18,254 bases of DNA from Octopus sinensis (lineage: Eukaryota): NCBI RefSeq assembly GCF_006345805.1, contig NW_021824987.1, positions 1-18,254 of the forward strand, given 5' to 3'. Shown piece after piece: positions 1-11,035 of this stretch. Numbering within the stretch: position 1 is the stretch's first letter; each line of letters opens with the position of its first letter. The position numbers and the translations under genes are program-made. The notes below the pieces were generated by a model that had not been told where the DNA came from, did no database searches, and saw nothing but the letters and a program-made list of their open reading frames with translations.

Positions 1-148
1 CCATTTTCATCCCTAGAAAAGATTACCGTGAAAAGTATAAAATACATATATATTAGAAAAGCTGTGTAGAGTTTGAAGGATGGAAGTACTCCAGGAATAT
101 GCGGATTTATATATATTTTTTTGTGTGTGTATGTGTATATATGTTTGT

Positions 149-150
<2 letters not shown>

Positions 151-197
<47 letters not shown>
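151..197. repeat. (TA)n microsatellite
   Basis: Perfect TA dinucleotide run. Confidence 0.95.
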
Positions 198-199
<2 letters not shown>

Positions 200-210
200 C
201 TGTATACTTT

Positions 211-735
211 TACATGGCCTGATTAATAAGTATCTGGACAGTTGACATGGAAACGAAGCTAAAGCTCGCAGAGTAAAGCCGCTTGACACAGATCGACAAT
301 GAACTTTGCTCTACAATTGCATTAAACTATAACGTTTTAGCTCACTTCCGCTGTTTACAGTAGTGCTTGGAAGGCCTACTCAAAGTGTTCAAGAAGTTTT
401 CATCGTTCTCGAAATGATCAATGAGATCTTGTGCAATTGAAATGCGTGTAACTGAAACGTCTGAACTACTCGTACAGTTGCATACGGATCACACACTCCT
501 CTCCATACACTTTCTGCAACTTTGCGTCGGCCCCTGAGCAGGGACCACATTGACAACTCTTCTTGTCATGGTCAATGTTACGATCACACGCTACAGACGT
601 TCCTTTCAAGCACTGCTGTAAACAGCGAAAGTGAGCTAGAACATTAAAACTTAGTGTGCATACACAGCATCGGCCAAGGTCAATCTGTGTCAAGCAGCTT
701 TACGCTGCATCGTGACTTATTGATCACACCTCGTA
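211..735 (-). mobile_element. Non-autonomous mariner-derived element with long inverted arms and a transposase N-terminal remnant
   Basis: Ends tacatggcctgattaataagt (211-231) and the reverse complement of 715-735, tacgaggtgtgatcaataagt, match at 16/21 and resemble mariner TIRs with TA target sites. Arms 211-374 and 602-735 are inverted copies. The minus strand encodes AKLQKVYGEECVIRMQLYE*FRRF, similar to the mariner transposase N-terminal HTH (LQxVYGdeclsrxqvfeWfrRF). Confidence 0.8.
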
Positions 736-1142
736 TGTATAAACTTATATCCGAAACGAACCACTACATTTATAAGAATTCATACGCATACATTCAAAGT
801 ATACAGATTGCGTATATTAATCAAATTTAAACAGTCTCTATATGAAAGAACGTATAAAGTCAACCAAAAGAAGCAAAAGACACAGAAAATGAGAATCTAA
901 AACTCATGGACGGAGAGAAAAAAGACGAAGAATCGATGTGCTGCTGTTATAAATCTTGCTACGAGTTGGTAGCCTTAAGGACTCCAACCAGGTTGACATC
1001 AAACAGTCTAGAACAATAGTAAGCTTATATATATATACATACACTAAGCAAGCTGTGACCAGTTGGGTCGATGGCAGGTTCAGGTTATAAAACATTGAAG
1101 CTGATTTCAACATTGCACTGAAATGAAAGTTAATTTTATTAA

Positions 1143-1360
1143 GGCGGCGAGCTGGCAGAAACGTTAGCAAACCGGGCGAAATGCTTAGAGGTATTTCGCC
1201 TGCCGCTACGTTCTGAGTTCATATTCCGCCGAGGTCGACTTTGCCTTTCATCCTTTCGGTGTCGATAAATTAAGTACCAGTTACGCACTGGAGTCGATAT
1301 AATCGACTTAATCCGTTTGTTTGTGCTTGTTTGTCCTCTCTGTGTTTAGCCCCTTGTGGG
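1143..1360 (+). mobile_element. tRNA-derived SINE, family A (3'-truncated)
   Basis: A-box-like tggcagaaacg, B-box-like gagttcatattcc, body gcctttcatcctttcggtgtcgataaattaagtaccag. Closely similar copies at 5401, 11269, 11937 and 17883. Confidence 0.85.
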
Positions 1361-1632
1361 AATTCATTTCGTGTCATCATAGGTCTTGTTTAGAAGTTGA
1401 TGTTTAAGGTTTTATTGGTTATTTTACAGCATGTAATAGAAATAGGACTTCCGGGATAAACTCCAGTAACAGCATATTATGGCATATTTATGGCACACTT
1501 CTACAAAAATGCAAATGAATGAAACCACTGGTTTCATTACATATAATGTTATCTAACTTCTTTCTAGCACCCCCTGTATAATCGAACCCTACCTTTCTGA
1601 ACATACATGCATAAATACATATATACATGTGT

Positions 1633-1722
1633 ATGCGCACAAACACTGACCCACACACATGCGTAGACACACTGACCCACACACATGCGTAGACACACTG
1701 ACCCACACACATGCGCACAAAC
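1633..1722. repeat. 26-bp minisatellite, about 3.3 copies
   Basis: Unit cactgacccacacacatgcgtagaca; ctgac recurs at 1646, 1672 and 1698. Confidence 0.9.
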
Positions 1723-2222
1723 AAACAAAAAGAACGCAGCTCGGATAATGGACAGAGTCAACAACTAAAGAAAAGTAAATGAGTGGAAACTCTACCAGTG
1801 TGTGTGTTAAATAATAAGGCACTAAAAGAGAATGATTCTTCCCAGACACAAAATATGTACTGAAATATTTCTGCATGTTTTTCTTTCACTCATATATGTA
1901 TACATTTTTAACTCGAACTCTACAGATATCCACATAAACACACACTTGCTATCCCTCTCTCACACGTACATACATACTTACATACATACACACACGTTTA
2001 TGTGCATACAAATATGCATATGTTATTGTATGTGTGTGTGTGCTTGTTTTACTGTCTCTTTGCTCTGACTTTTGGCGATACTTGTAATCGAGTATCACCC
2101 TCATGTAAAAGATTTTCCTTGTTACCAGTCTTTCATGGAAGTAATGTCTGGGCACGGTGAAATATAGCCGCACGTATACGTATGTATATGTTATGTATAT
2201 GTATATTCAGGTGTACGTATGA

Positions 2223-2226
2223 ATAT

Positions 2227-2302
<76 letters not shown>

Positions 2303-2418
2303 ATTTATATATTTATGCATGTATGAATACGTTTATATATGGATGCACATATATATATGCATATATGCATACATATATGTACATACACACATATCTATGC
2401 ATATATATATACATATAT
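2223..2418. repeat. (TA)n and TA/CA-rich compound microsatellite
   Basis: Long TA run followed by degenerate tacata/tgcata units. Confidence 0.9.
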
Positions 2419-2669
2419 AGGTACAGGATGTCAAACGTAAACATGAAATACGAATACAAAAACATGAAATGCGAAGACAAACATGGGTATGAACACGAGA
2501 GAAACAAATGGAAAACAAGACAAGTGAGGACCTTTCATCAGTTGTCGACTTACTATCTACTCCTCATTTCGAGCATTTAACGACATTATAAGGCTTCGAA
2601 AAGCAGTTGCTTCCGCGAACCAAAATAAAACTTAGATGAAAAGTTAGCTTGAAAATAACACAAAGGAGA

Positions 2670-2895
2670 CTGAGGACATGCCCACCGTCATTCAGAGTTG
2701 ATACTGCACTCAGTGGTCCTCTGGATGCGCTTATATGGACAGACTAGAAGAGGGAGACCGAGGAAGACATGTGGATACCCTAAGGACAGACACTGGTTTC
2801 TGGAAGACGCAGGACATGGCAGCGATGATGAAAGACAAGGGACGCTGGAGACAATTCCTCCATGGATCTCGGGAATTTTACCCGGCCAAGATAGA
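2670..2895 (+). mobile_element. RTE-clade LINE ORF C-terminal fragment (decayed)
   Basis: Translates across a frameshift as GHAHRHSELILHSVVLWMRLYGQTRRGRPRKT / HVDTLRTDTGFWKTQDMAAMMKDKGRWR, matching the RTE C-terminal GHxxR...RxRGRPxxTyxDxL...DRxxWR pattern. Confidence 0.8.
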
Positions 2896-3049
2896 TGCAT
2901 TTATATACATACATAAACAAACATGCACGCGCAGTATACGTACAGTTCGCAGACCTGATGGAATATCTGGTAATTTTAAGAATATGTAAAAATTCTCATA
3001 TATAATAATGCGTAATAAGGCGTTAAATATGCAATTACTAAGTAATTGT

Positions 3050-3311
3050 TGTTCTGGGTGTGAGGGTAGCTGTTTGTTTGTCAACCACGTGGCTCCCCGT
3101 TCAGTCCCACTGAGTGACATTTTCAAAAAATGTCTTCTATCATTGCCCCCTATCGGCTGAAAGCTCCCGAGTGGATTAGGTTAACGGAAACTGAAAGACC
3201 GTTGTTTATATGTATGTATGTTATGTATGTATGTATGTATGTATGTATGTATGTATGTATGTATGTATGTGTGTATGTATGTGTGTATGTATGTGTGTGT
3301 GTGTGTATGTA

Positions 3312-3344
<33 letters not shown>

Positions 3345-3419
3345 ATGTATGTATGTGTGTGTGTGTGAATATATATATATAAGTATGCATAATGCATATA
3401 TGAATATATAAGTAATATA

Positions 3420-3453
<34 letters not shown>

Positions 3454-4170
3454 GGTGAATTGAAGAATGGAGCTGAACGAAGATTGAACAGAAATCTGCT
3501 ACAAGATTATTCATCTTTCTATTTCACATAATATATATATATATATATATATATTTATGTATTTATATATGCATATACATATATGATATATACATATATG
3601 GACATTTATGATATATATATACATACATATGTACATATATGATATATATATGTGAACATATATATATATACATACATACATATATGTATATATATTTATA
3701 TACATATGAATATATATATGTATATGTATATATATGCATATATGTATAGTTTCATATGCATATATATGCATATATATATAAATGTATATATGCATATATG
3801 TAAATGCATATATATAAATGTATGTTTGTGTTGATGTATGTATGTGTATATGTATGCATATATATATGTATGTATGTATCTGTATATGTATATGTGTGTA
3901 TATATTTATATATATATATGCGTGTATATGTGCATGTATGTATATACATATGTGTGCCCCTTTGTATTTCGCACCACCGTTTAACAATCGACGTTGAATT
4001 GTTTACTACCACTACCATACTGTATCTGCAAATGAGGCCTAAGAAATAAGACCCAGACTTTAAAAAGTTAAGTACTGGCGTCGATTCGTTCTACTAGAAT
4101 CCTTCAAAGCGGTACCTCAGCATGGCCGCAGTCCAATGACTGACATAAGTAAAAGATAAAAGATACAAGA
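3050..4170 (+). mobile_element. Degenerate SINE family B copy split by a large internal microsatellite
   Basis: 3050-3205 aligns to the 5' half (gttcagtcccactg...aacggaaactgaaag) and 3950-4170 to the 3' half (cagcatggccgcagtc-aatgactga...aagtaaaaga) of the intact copy at 12253-12663. Confidence 0.65.
3207..3955. repeat. Compound (TATG)n/(TG)n/(TA)n microsatellite tract with a short unique island (about 3452-3530)
   Basis: Directly visible; it is the source of the spurious YI/HT/CMYV ORFs. Confidence 0.9.
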
Positions 4171-4349
4171 GAGGAATATTTCTTTTGACATGAAGCTCGT
4201 TAAAACGCCAAAATATCTGTGCTACTCAAGCAAAAATTGACAGATCTCTATTAAATATTTATCTAAGTTTTTATTGTTTGTCTTTCGTGTTGTTCCTTCA
4301 GAGTGCGTCTCTTTGTCTGTTTGAATGCGTGATATAATTCTCCATTCGA

Positions 4350-4352
4350 TAT

Positions 4353-4384
<32 letters not shown>

Positions 4385-4422
4385 CAAACCACGTGCTTTC
4401 GCACACCAACTTTCTCACCACT

Positions 4423-4467
<45 letters not shown>

Positions 4468-4562
4468 ATATAATGTGTGTTTGTGTATATGTTGTGTGTG
4501 TGTGGTGTGTGTGTGTTGTGTGTTTGTATGTATGTATATATGTATGTATGTATGTATCTACG

Positions 4563-4600
<38 letters not shown>

Positions 4601-4663
4601 GATAGATAGATAGATAGATAGAGATATAGATAGATAGATAGACAGAGATAGATAAATAGATAA

Positions 4664-4706
<43 letters not shown>
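4350..4706. repeat. Compound microsatellite (TA)n, (TG)n, (TATG)n, (TATC)n then (GATA)n
   Basis: Directly visible. Confidence 0.9.
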
Positions 4707-4909
4707 TCATAGAAGGTATTATACTCTAAAAGCATTGTGTTCAAAATTGTTTTAGTTTTTATAATCTTTTGTATTTATTTGTCCCTCTTCGTATTAAAAA
4801 AAAAATGCACTATTATTTCGAGTTTTGGAAGACTTAATACGCCCGCTCACACACACACACACAGTTACGTATTGTGACTATGAGAAAATATATCTTTATA
4901 AACATTTAC

Positions 4910-5100
4910 GTATATACATATACACGTACATATATATAAACATACATGTACACATTACATGTATGCATATACATACAAACAACATACATATATATAATTA
5001 TATATTATAATATATATATATATATATATAATATATATATAATATATAATATATATATATATATATATATTATATATAATACATATGTATAATCTATATA
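4910..5100. repeat. TA-rich microsatellite tract
   Basis: Directly visible. Confidence 0.85.
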
Positions 5101-5209
5101 TAACTATCTATCGTAGCTATAAATGTCTATAATTTTACATTAATTATAAATATAACGTACTTATTTTAATCTTACAATAAACGTTAAAAGGAAGTTATAA
5201 GGAGACTTA

Positions 5210-5325
5210 TTTTCCTTTGTCACTTACTTCAGTCATTAGACTGCAGTCTTTCTGGTGCAACGCCTTGAAATATTTTAGTAAAAAAAAATAAAAAGTGAGT
5301 CCATTGGTCTTTTAAACCCAGTGCA
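5210..5325 (-). mobile_element. SINE family B 3' tail remnant
   Basis: cttacttcagtcattagactgcag...gcaacgcctt is the reverse complement of the family B tail (aaggcggtg...ccgcagtcaaatgactgaagcaag). Confidence 0.6.
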
Positions 5326-5400
5326 CGTACTCCTAGTTATATTTGCAAATAAATTGCCATGCATTTGAAGCATCTTTAGCATTTACTGAGTTGTCTTCAA

Positions 5401-5889
5401 GGTGGCGAGTTGGCAGAAACGTTACCACGCCGGACGAAATGCGTAGCAGTGAGCTGGCAGAAACGTTAGCACGCCGGGCGAAATGCTTTGCGGTATTTCG
5501 TCTGCCGTTACGTTCTGAGTTCAAATTCCGCCGAGGTCGACTTTGCCTTTCATCCTTTCGGGGTCGATTAAATAAGTACCAGTTACGCACTGGGGTCGAT
5601 ATAATCGACTTAATACCTATGTCTGTCCTTGTTTGTCCCCTCTGTGTTTAGCCCCTTGTGGGTAATAAAGAAATAGGTATTTCGCCTGTCGTTACGTTCT
5701 GAGTTTAAATTCCCCCGAGATCGGCTTTGGCCTTCATCCTTTCGTGGTCGATAAATTAAGTATCAGTTACTCACTGGGGTTGATATAATCGACTTAATCC
5801 GTCAGTCTGTCCTTGTTTGTCCTTTCTGTGTTTAGCCCCCTGTAGGTAGTAAAGAAATAGGTATTTCGTCTGTCTTTACGTTGTGAGTA
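5401..5889 (+). mobile_element. SINE family A concatemer: duplicated 44-bp head plus about 2.2 tandem 184-bp bodies
   Basis: Head gagYtggcagaaacgtta at 5407 and 5451. Body start ggtatttcg at 5492, 5676 and 5860. Confidence 0.9.
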
Positions 5890-5893
5890 TACG

Positions 5894-5978
5894 AAATCCA
5901 TTGAAAAGCTTTTGGTTTGTATGGTGTTGCAATAGAAAGCATTTACCGAAGCTGGCGCGCACTGTGACTGAATCCGAA
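5894..5978 (-). mobile_element. Highly decayed SINE family B 5' half
   Basis: aaatccattgaaaagcttttggt...gcactgtgactgaatcc aligns loosely to the reverse complement of 12300-12390. Confidence 0.45.
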
Positions 5979-6567
5979 TGAAATCTCTATATAATCATAA
6001 TTTACACCATTTGAAACATATTTATAGAAAGTTTCATTAAAAAAAATATACATTTTTATTCTGAAAGTTTTGAGGAAACAAAATCTGTGGAGCTACACTT
6101 ATATAGGTGCGCTGAGTTTTCTTCCTTGGCAGGTAGCTGTTTACTTCCAAAGGTAGCCATGTAAAAATTTCTAAGTGTTAGTTACTCAAGGTTAATTGTC
6201 CGTAGAATTTTTTTCCTCATCTTTGAAGACCGAATACAATAACTTTCATATTATTGTGCGATGTTTCGTTATGGATATAATTATACAAACCGGATTAAGT
6301 TCTCAAACTCGAATGCTCTCGTGTGCTCTCACATGTGAATTAGAAAGTTTCTAACAAATGGGCCGGTCTGAAATGGTAGAATACATCTACGTCTAGTCAT
6401 AATAGAAAAAATATAATTCAATTTTATGAAATCAGGATTTAGTTGGCCGTAAAGAAACCAAGTGGAGTTGAAGATAATATTAGTGAAACACAAATATTTA
6501 TGCTTATTAATGGCTTCAAATGCTGGCAGAAAGCCAACATTTTTAGGAGAGTAAGTTCTTTTCATAA

Positions 6568-6632
6568 ACCCCAGTACTCAACTGGTACATATTTTATCGA
6601 TTTTAAAAGGATAAAAGGCAAATTCGACCTCA
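6568..6632 (-). mobile_element. SINE family A internal fragment
   Basis: accccagtactcaactggtac...ttatcga...aaaggataaaaggcaaattcgacctc matches the reverse complement of the family A body. Confidence 0.7.
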
Positions 6633-7073
6633 CTGTATTTTAAACTATTCACTGTATTTTGTCATGTAGAAAAATTTCACACTGTTCGTAAGTACGTGTA
6701 AATACAATGAGATATCGTACAGCACCCCATAACCAAACTGAGGCATGCATTTCGGAGTGGTTATCTCCTCTTCAGCCGCGGAGACGAAAAGTGTGCGACA
6801 GCGAATTGACACGAGAGCAAGTTTTCTGATTTCCCGTCACCCTACAATGGCTGCTTGCAATATTTACACCGATTTGTCTACAACTAGAATTTTTTTTCCA
6901 TTACTAAACACAGCGGATGACTTTCTTATAGGTTCTTATGCCTCAGACATATTTGAACTGCTAACAAGATTGTGTTCTTACATACCACCACTTCTCGCTG
7001 TCACCTGTATGATATATATATAACCTAATCCTGACTCAACCCTAAAGCCTAAACTCCAAACCTTAAAACCTGA

Positions 7074-7118
<45 letters not shown>

Positions 7119-7359
7119 TATTTATCGCCAAGATAGTATGGCAGTCCCAAAATATAGGACAAATGCTGCCGTTGATTAGCTCCAAGAGGCCATTGCTTCT
7201 AGCTACCTATGTGACACACAACCTGTGTCCATTATAACTTTCGAACAGGGGAGGTCAGCCGCATCCCCTTGCTGGTCAGGCATCTACAGACTAGTTTCAG
7301 GGTATTCCTCCTATCAATGCAGAGCAGCCGAACCCAGCAGGCCTCGCTACGAAGCGTCT

Positions 7360-8289
7360 GTTCGAAGGATTATTGCATGTTTGTAAGCAAGCCATTTTCC
7401 TCTAGGAACGGGGTCAGTCTTTTTCTGACAATGCGTTCCATGATCTTGCTAATATATGAGGTCAGAGAGATAGGTCTATAGTTTATAGCATCTGCTCTGC
7501 TTCCTTCTTTGTGAACGGGGAAGATTATTCCTTATTTTAACGTTTGAGGAAATGTACCGCATTCAAGGGAACTCTGGAAAAAACATTTGCAGTGGTTTTG
7601 TAAGTGTTTTTAACAGAATTGCCGGGAGTCCATCGGGGCCTGTTGCATAGTTTGGTGTTTATCTCGTCAATGGCCAAAATAATCCTCTTCTGTAATGTCA
7701 AAGTAATTGGTGGTCGCCTTTTTCTATTGTAGGTTAGAGGTGTTGAAGAACTCATCAGGACTTCTTATTTTCATGCTTTCTAATGAGGAGGTGAAAACAC
7801 TTTGCAATTGTTTATTGAGTGCTTTCATTATCCTCTTGGGGTCTGCAGTCAGTGAGCCCATTTCATCAAAAAGTGGCCTTACTCTGTATCGTACTGAGGC
7901 AGACTCTTTTGCGAACTTGTAGAAGGCTTTGGGGTAGCTTTTTATATTTTCCACCGCCCTGGCTTCCCTGTTTACCGTTTTTTTTTTTTGGAGAGTCTTT
8001 ATTTATTTTCATTATCTAAGAGTATCATTTGAGGTAGCGCTTTTGGCTCTCATTAGGCTTCTCATTTAAGCGATTTGAGATCATTATCCTCCGTCTCATT
8101 AGGATCCTTCTCTCTCAGGGAATAATGTTCTTGTGTGTGTGCGTATGGAAGGAGTTATTTCTAGGACAACGTATAGCTCGCATTATAGACATGAATTCAT
8201 TAAATTTCAAGTCAGTGTCTTGCATGGACAGAATTTTAAGTCAGATTTGCTGGAGTATCTTTTTGTTGATCAACTACCAATCAGCCTTG
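7360..8289 (-). mobile_element. CR1/L2-like (Jockey-group) LINE ORF2 fragment, copy 1
   Basis: Minus strand, across frameshifts: ENIKSYPKAFYKFAK...LNKQLQSVFT...LAIDEIN...TGPDGLPA...FPVHKEGSRADAINYRPISLTSYISKIMERIVRKRL. This is the conserved region at the start of the RT domain. Confidence 0.85.
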
Positions 8290-8569
8290 TATATATATAT
8301 ATAATATATATATATATATATTAATATTTATCGCCAAGATAGTATGGCAGTCCCAAAATATAGGACAAATGCTGCCGTTGATTAGCTCCAAGAGGCCATT
8401 GCTTCTAGCTACCTATGTGACACACAAACCTGTGTCCATTATAACTTTCGAACAGGGGAGGTCAGCCGCATCCCCTTGCTGGTCAGGCATCTACAGACTA
8501 GTTTCAGGGTATTTTCCTCCTATCAATGCAGAGCAGCCGAACCCAGCAGGCCTCGCTACGAAGCGTCTG

Positions 8570-9500
8570 TTCGAAGGATTATTGCATGTTTGTAAGCAAG
8601 CCATTTTCCTCTAGGAACGGGGTCAGTCTTTTTCTGACAATGCGTTCCATGATCTTGCTAATATATGAGGTCAGAGAGATAGGTCTATAGTTTATAGCAT
8701 CTGCTCTGCTTCCTTCTTTGTGAACGGGGAAGATTATTCCTTATTTTAACGTTTGAGGAAATGTACCGCATTCAAGGGAACTCTGGAAAAAACATTTGCA
8801 GTGGTTTTGTAAGTGTTTTTAACAGAATTGCCGGGAGTCCATCGGGGCCTGTTGCATAGTTTGGTGTTTATCTCGTCAATGGCCAAAATAATCCTCTTCT
8901 GTAATGTCAAAGTAATTGGTGGTCGCCTTTTTCTATTGTAGGTTAGAGGGTTGAAGAACTCATCAGGACTTCTTATTTTCATGCTTTCTAATGAGGAGGT
9001 GAAAACACTTTGCAATTGTTTTTGAGTGCTTTCATTATCCTCTTGGGGTCTGCAGTCAGTGAGCCCATTTCATCAAAAAGTGGCCTTACTCTGTATCGTA
9101 CTGAGGCAGACTCTTTTGCGAACTTGTAGAAGGCTTTGGGGTAGCTTTTTATATTTTCCACCGCCCTGGCTTCCCTGTTTACCGTTTTTTTTTCTTGGGA
9201 GAGTCTTTATTTATTTTCATTATCTAAGAGTATCAATTTGAGGTAGCGCTTTTGGCTCTCATTAGGCTTCTCATTTAAGCGATTTGAGATCATTATCCTC
9301 CGTCTCATTAGGATCCTTCTCTCTCAGGGAATAATGTTCTTGTGTGTGTGCGTATGGAAGGAGTTATTTTCTAGGACAAACGTATAGCTCGCATTATAGA
9401 CATGAATTCATTAAATTTCAAGTCAGTGTCTTGCATGGACAGAATTTTAAGTCAGATTTGCTGGAGTATCTTTTTGTTGATCAACTACCAATCAGCCTTG
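8570..9500 (-). mobile_element. CR1/L2-like LINE ORF2 fragment, copy 2 (duplicate)
   Basis: Same sequence as copy 1, including NYRPISLTS. Confidence 0.85.
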
Positions 9501-9632
9501 TATATATATATTATATATAAATATATGCATATATATGTGTTTATATATATGCAGGAAGTAAATTTTCAAATTCTTTCATTTAATACGCGAAGTGAACAAT
9601 TGAAATGTAATCGATAGGTAGGACTACATACT

Positions 9633-9925
9633 TCAGTATTTACTTGACATTCTCTTTGCAGTTTTTAAATCAGGAACGCTTTTTGGCATTGAACTGATGA
9701 GCTTCGTGATTGTCACTTGTGGAATTTCTGCTCACTTTTCACGCAACAATCAAAACAATTCATCTTTAGATTTAGGTTTCTGTCGAGTTTTTCTTATAGC
9801 TCTATCTAGTATGTTCCAAAGATTTTCAATTGGTTTCACGTCAGGAGATTGGCTCGGCCAAGGAAGCTTTTTGATCCCATTTTCAGTCAGCCATTGCTAA
9901 TTCTCTTTCAGCGTGTGGCAACTTC
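9633..9925 (-). mobile_element. Tc1-family transposase C-terminal remnant
   Basis: Minus strand reads [43 protein letters not shown]...LISSMPK...KY*. This contains the Tc1 WPSQSPDLNPIENLW motif, with internal stops. Confidence 0.9.
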
Positions 9926-10029
9926 ATTCCAGATGTAATGTTGTCATTAAGATAATTCTTGTCACATATGTCACATGTATTATGCCACGCAAGACACACT
10001 AGGTAAATGAAAATTATGGTCCAGCGAAC

Positions 10030-10611
10030 TTGGAGCATTTCTTTAATACTTTGGAGCATGGACACAAAGTACTGAAAAAGACATTATAGCAAGGAATATT
10101 CTTCCCTGGAGCGCATGCCATAAATTGAGAAAGGTATGTAATTCAAAGCTATCAAAGAAATTGCAAGTGATGTTTCTGACAACAGTGGAGTCTGTTCTGC
10201 TATACGGGGCTGAAACATGGACACTCACTAAAGCATTAAAGAAACAGTTGGACGATTGTTATACGGGGGATGTTTAGAATGGCACTCAATGTCTCCTGGA
10301 AGAGTCATACAACAAACGCCGACATATATTAGGGACTACCAAAAGTAACATTGAAGATACAGCGTAGAAGAGAAAGGCGAGCTGGACACTGCGTCAGACA
10401 CACCAATGAAATTGCTAACAAGCTAGTGTTCTGTCCACCAACGGTAGGAAGAACCAAGAGAAGAGGGAAGATGATGACCTATATCGACAACCTGCTGGAT
10501 GATACTGGTATGGAATGGGAACAGGAGCTGAAGTCCATTATGGAAGATCGAGATGAGTGGGGAAAACGTGTGGAAACAGTCTTGGGGCGTCCTGAGGGAT
10601 GGCTTAGATAA
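10030..10611 (+). mobile_element. RTE-clade LINE 3' fragment (decayed)
   Basis: TEKDI...TVESVLLYGAETWTLTKALKKQLDDCYT...MALNVSW...AGHCVRH...TYIDNLLDDTG...MEDRDEW, with frameshifts and stops. Confidence 0.9.
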
Positions 10612-10784
10612 ATAGATTATGTAATTTCAAGGTTAACATAATTAAACACCATAAGATTTTTTAAATTGCTCCTGATAAATTCAGCTAACATTTTCAAATG
10701 AAAATGTTATTTTGTTGAGGTGATATACTTGACACTTTCTGGATCCTTTCAAAAGAATTTAACATCCATTCCGCTATCTTCTCC

Positions 10785-11035
10785 ACATACATACATACAT
10801 ACATACATGCATGCATGCATGCATACATACATACATACATACATGCATACATACATACATACATACATACATACATACATACATACATACATGCATACAT
10901 ACATACATATATACATACATATATGCATACATACATACATACATGCATACATACATACATACATACATGCATACATACATACATATATACATACATATAT
11001 GCATACATACATACATACATATATACATACATACA
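10785..11035. repeat. (TACA)n tetranucleotide microsatellite with TGCA/TATA variants
   Basis: Directly visible. Confidence 0.95.

Larger units (their letters stand above)
7115..9500. repeat. About 1.2-kb direct tandem duplication (7115-8289 and 8321-9500) bounded by (TA)n tracts
   Basis: Both units start ttaatatttatcgccaagatagtatggcag and end caatcagccttg, and are near-identical throughout. Confidence 0.95.

Noticed and set aside
1545-1580. Possible Tc1-like TIR (minus strand tacagggggtgctagaaag)
   Set aside because: No partner inverted repeat or transposase remnant was identified.
1633-1722. CRISPR-like short repeat
   Set aside because: The repeats are contiguous with no spacers, so this is a minisatellite.
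3130-4049. Many ORFs rich in YI/HT/CMYV (also 107-289, 2313-2580 and 10694-11127)
   Set aside because: They are translations of microsatellites that lack stop codons, not proteins.
5333-5651. ORFs of 85 and 102 aa
   Set aside because: They lie within SINE family A, a non-coding repeat.
5492-5675. Hammerhead ribozyme inside the SINE A unit
   Set aside because: I found no CUGANGA core on either strand; other ribozyme classes could not be tested by eye.
5492-5889. CRISPR-like or regularly spaced array
   Set aside because: The units are whole 184-bp SINE bodies with no unique spacers; the context is eukaryotic and has no cas genes.
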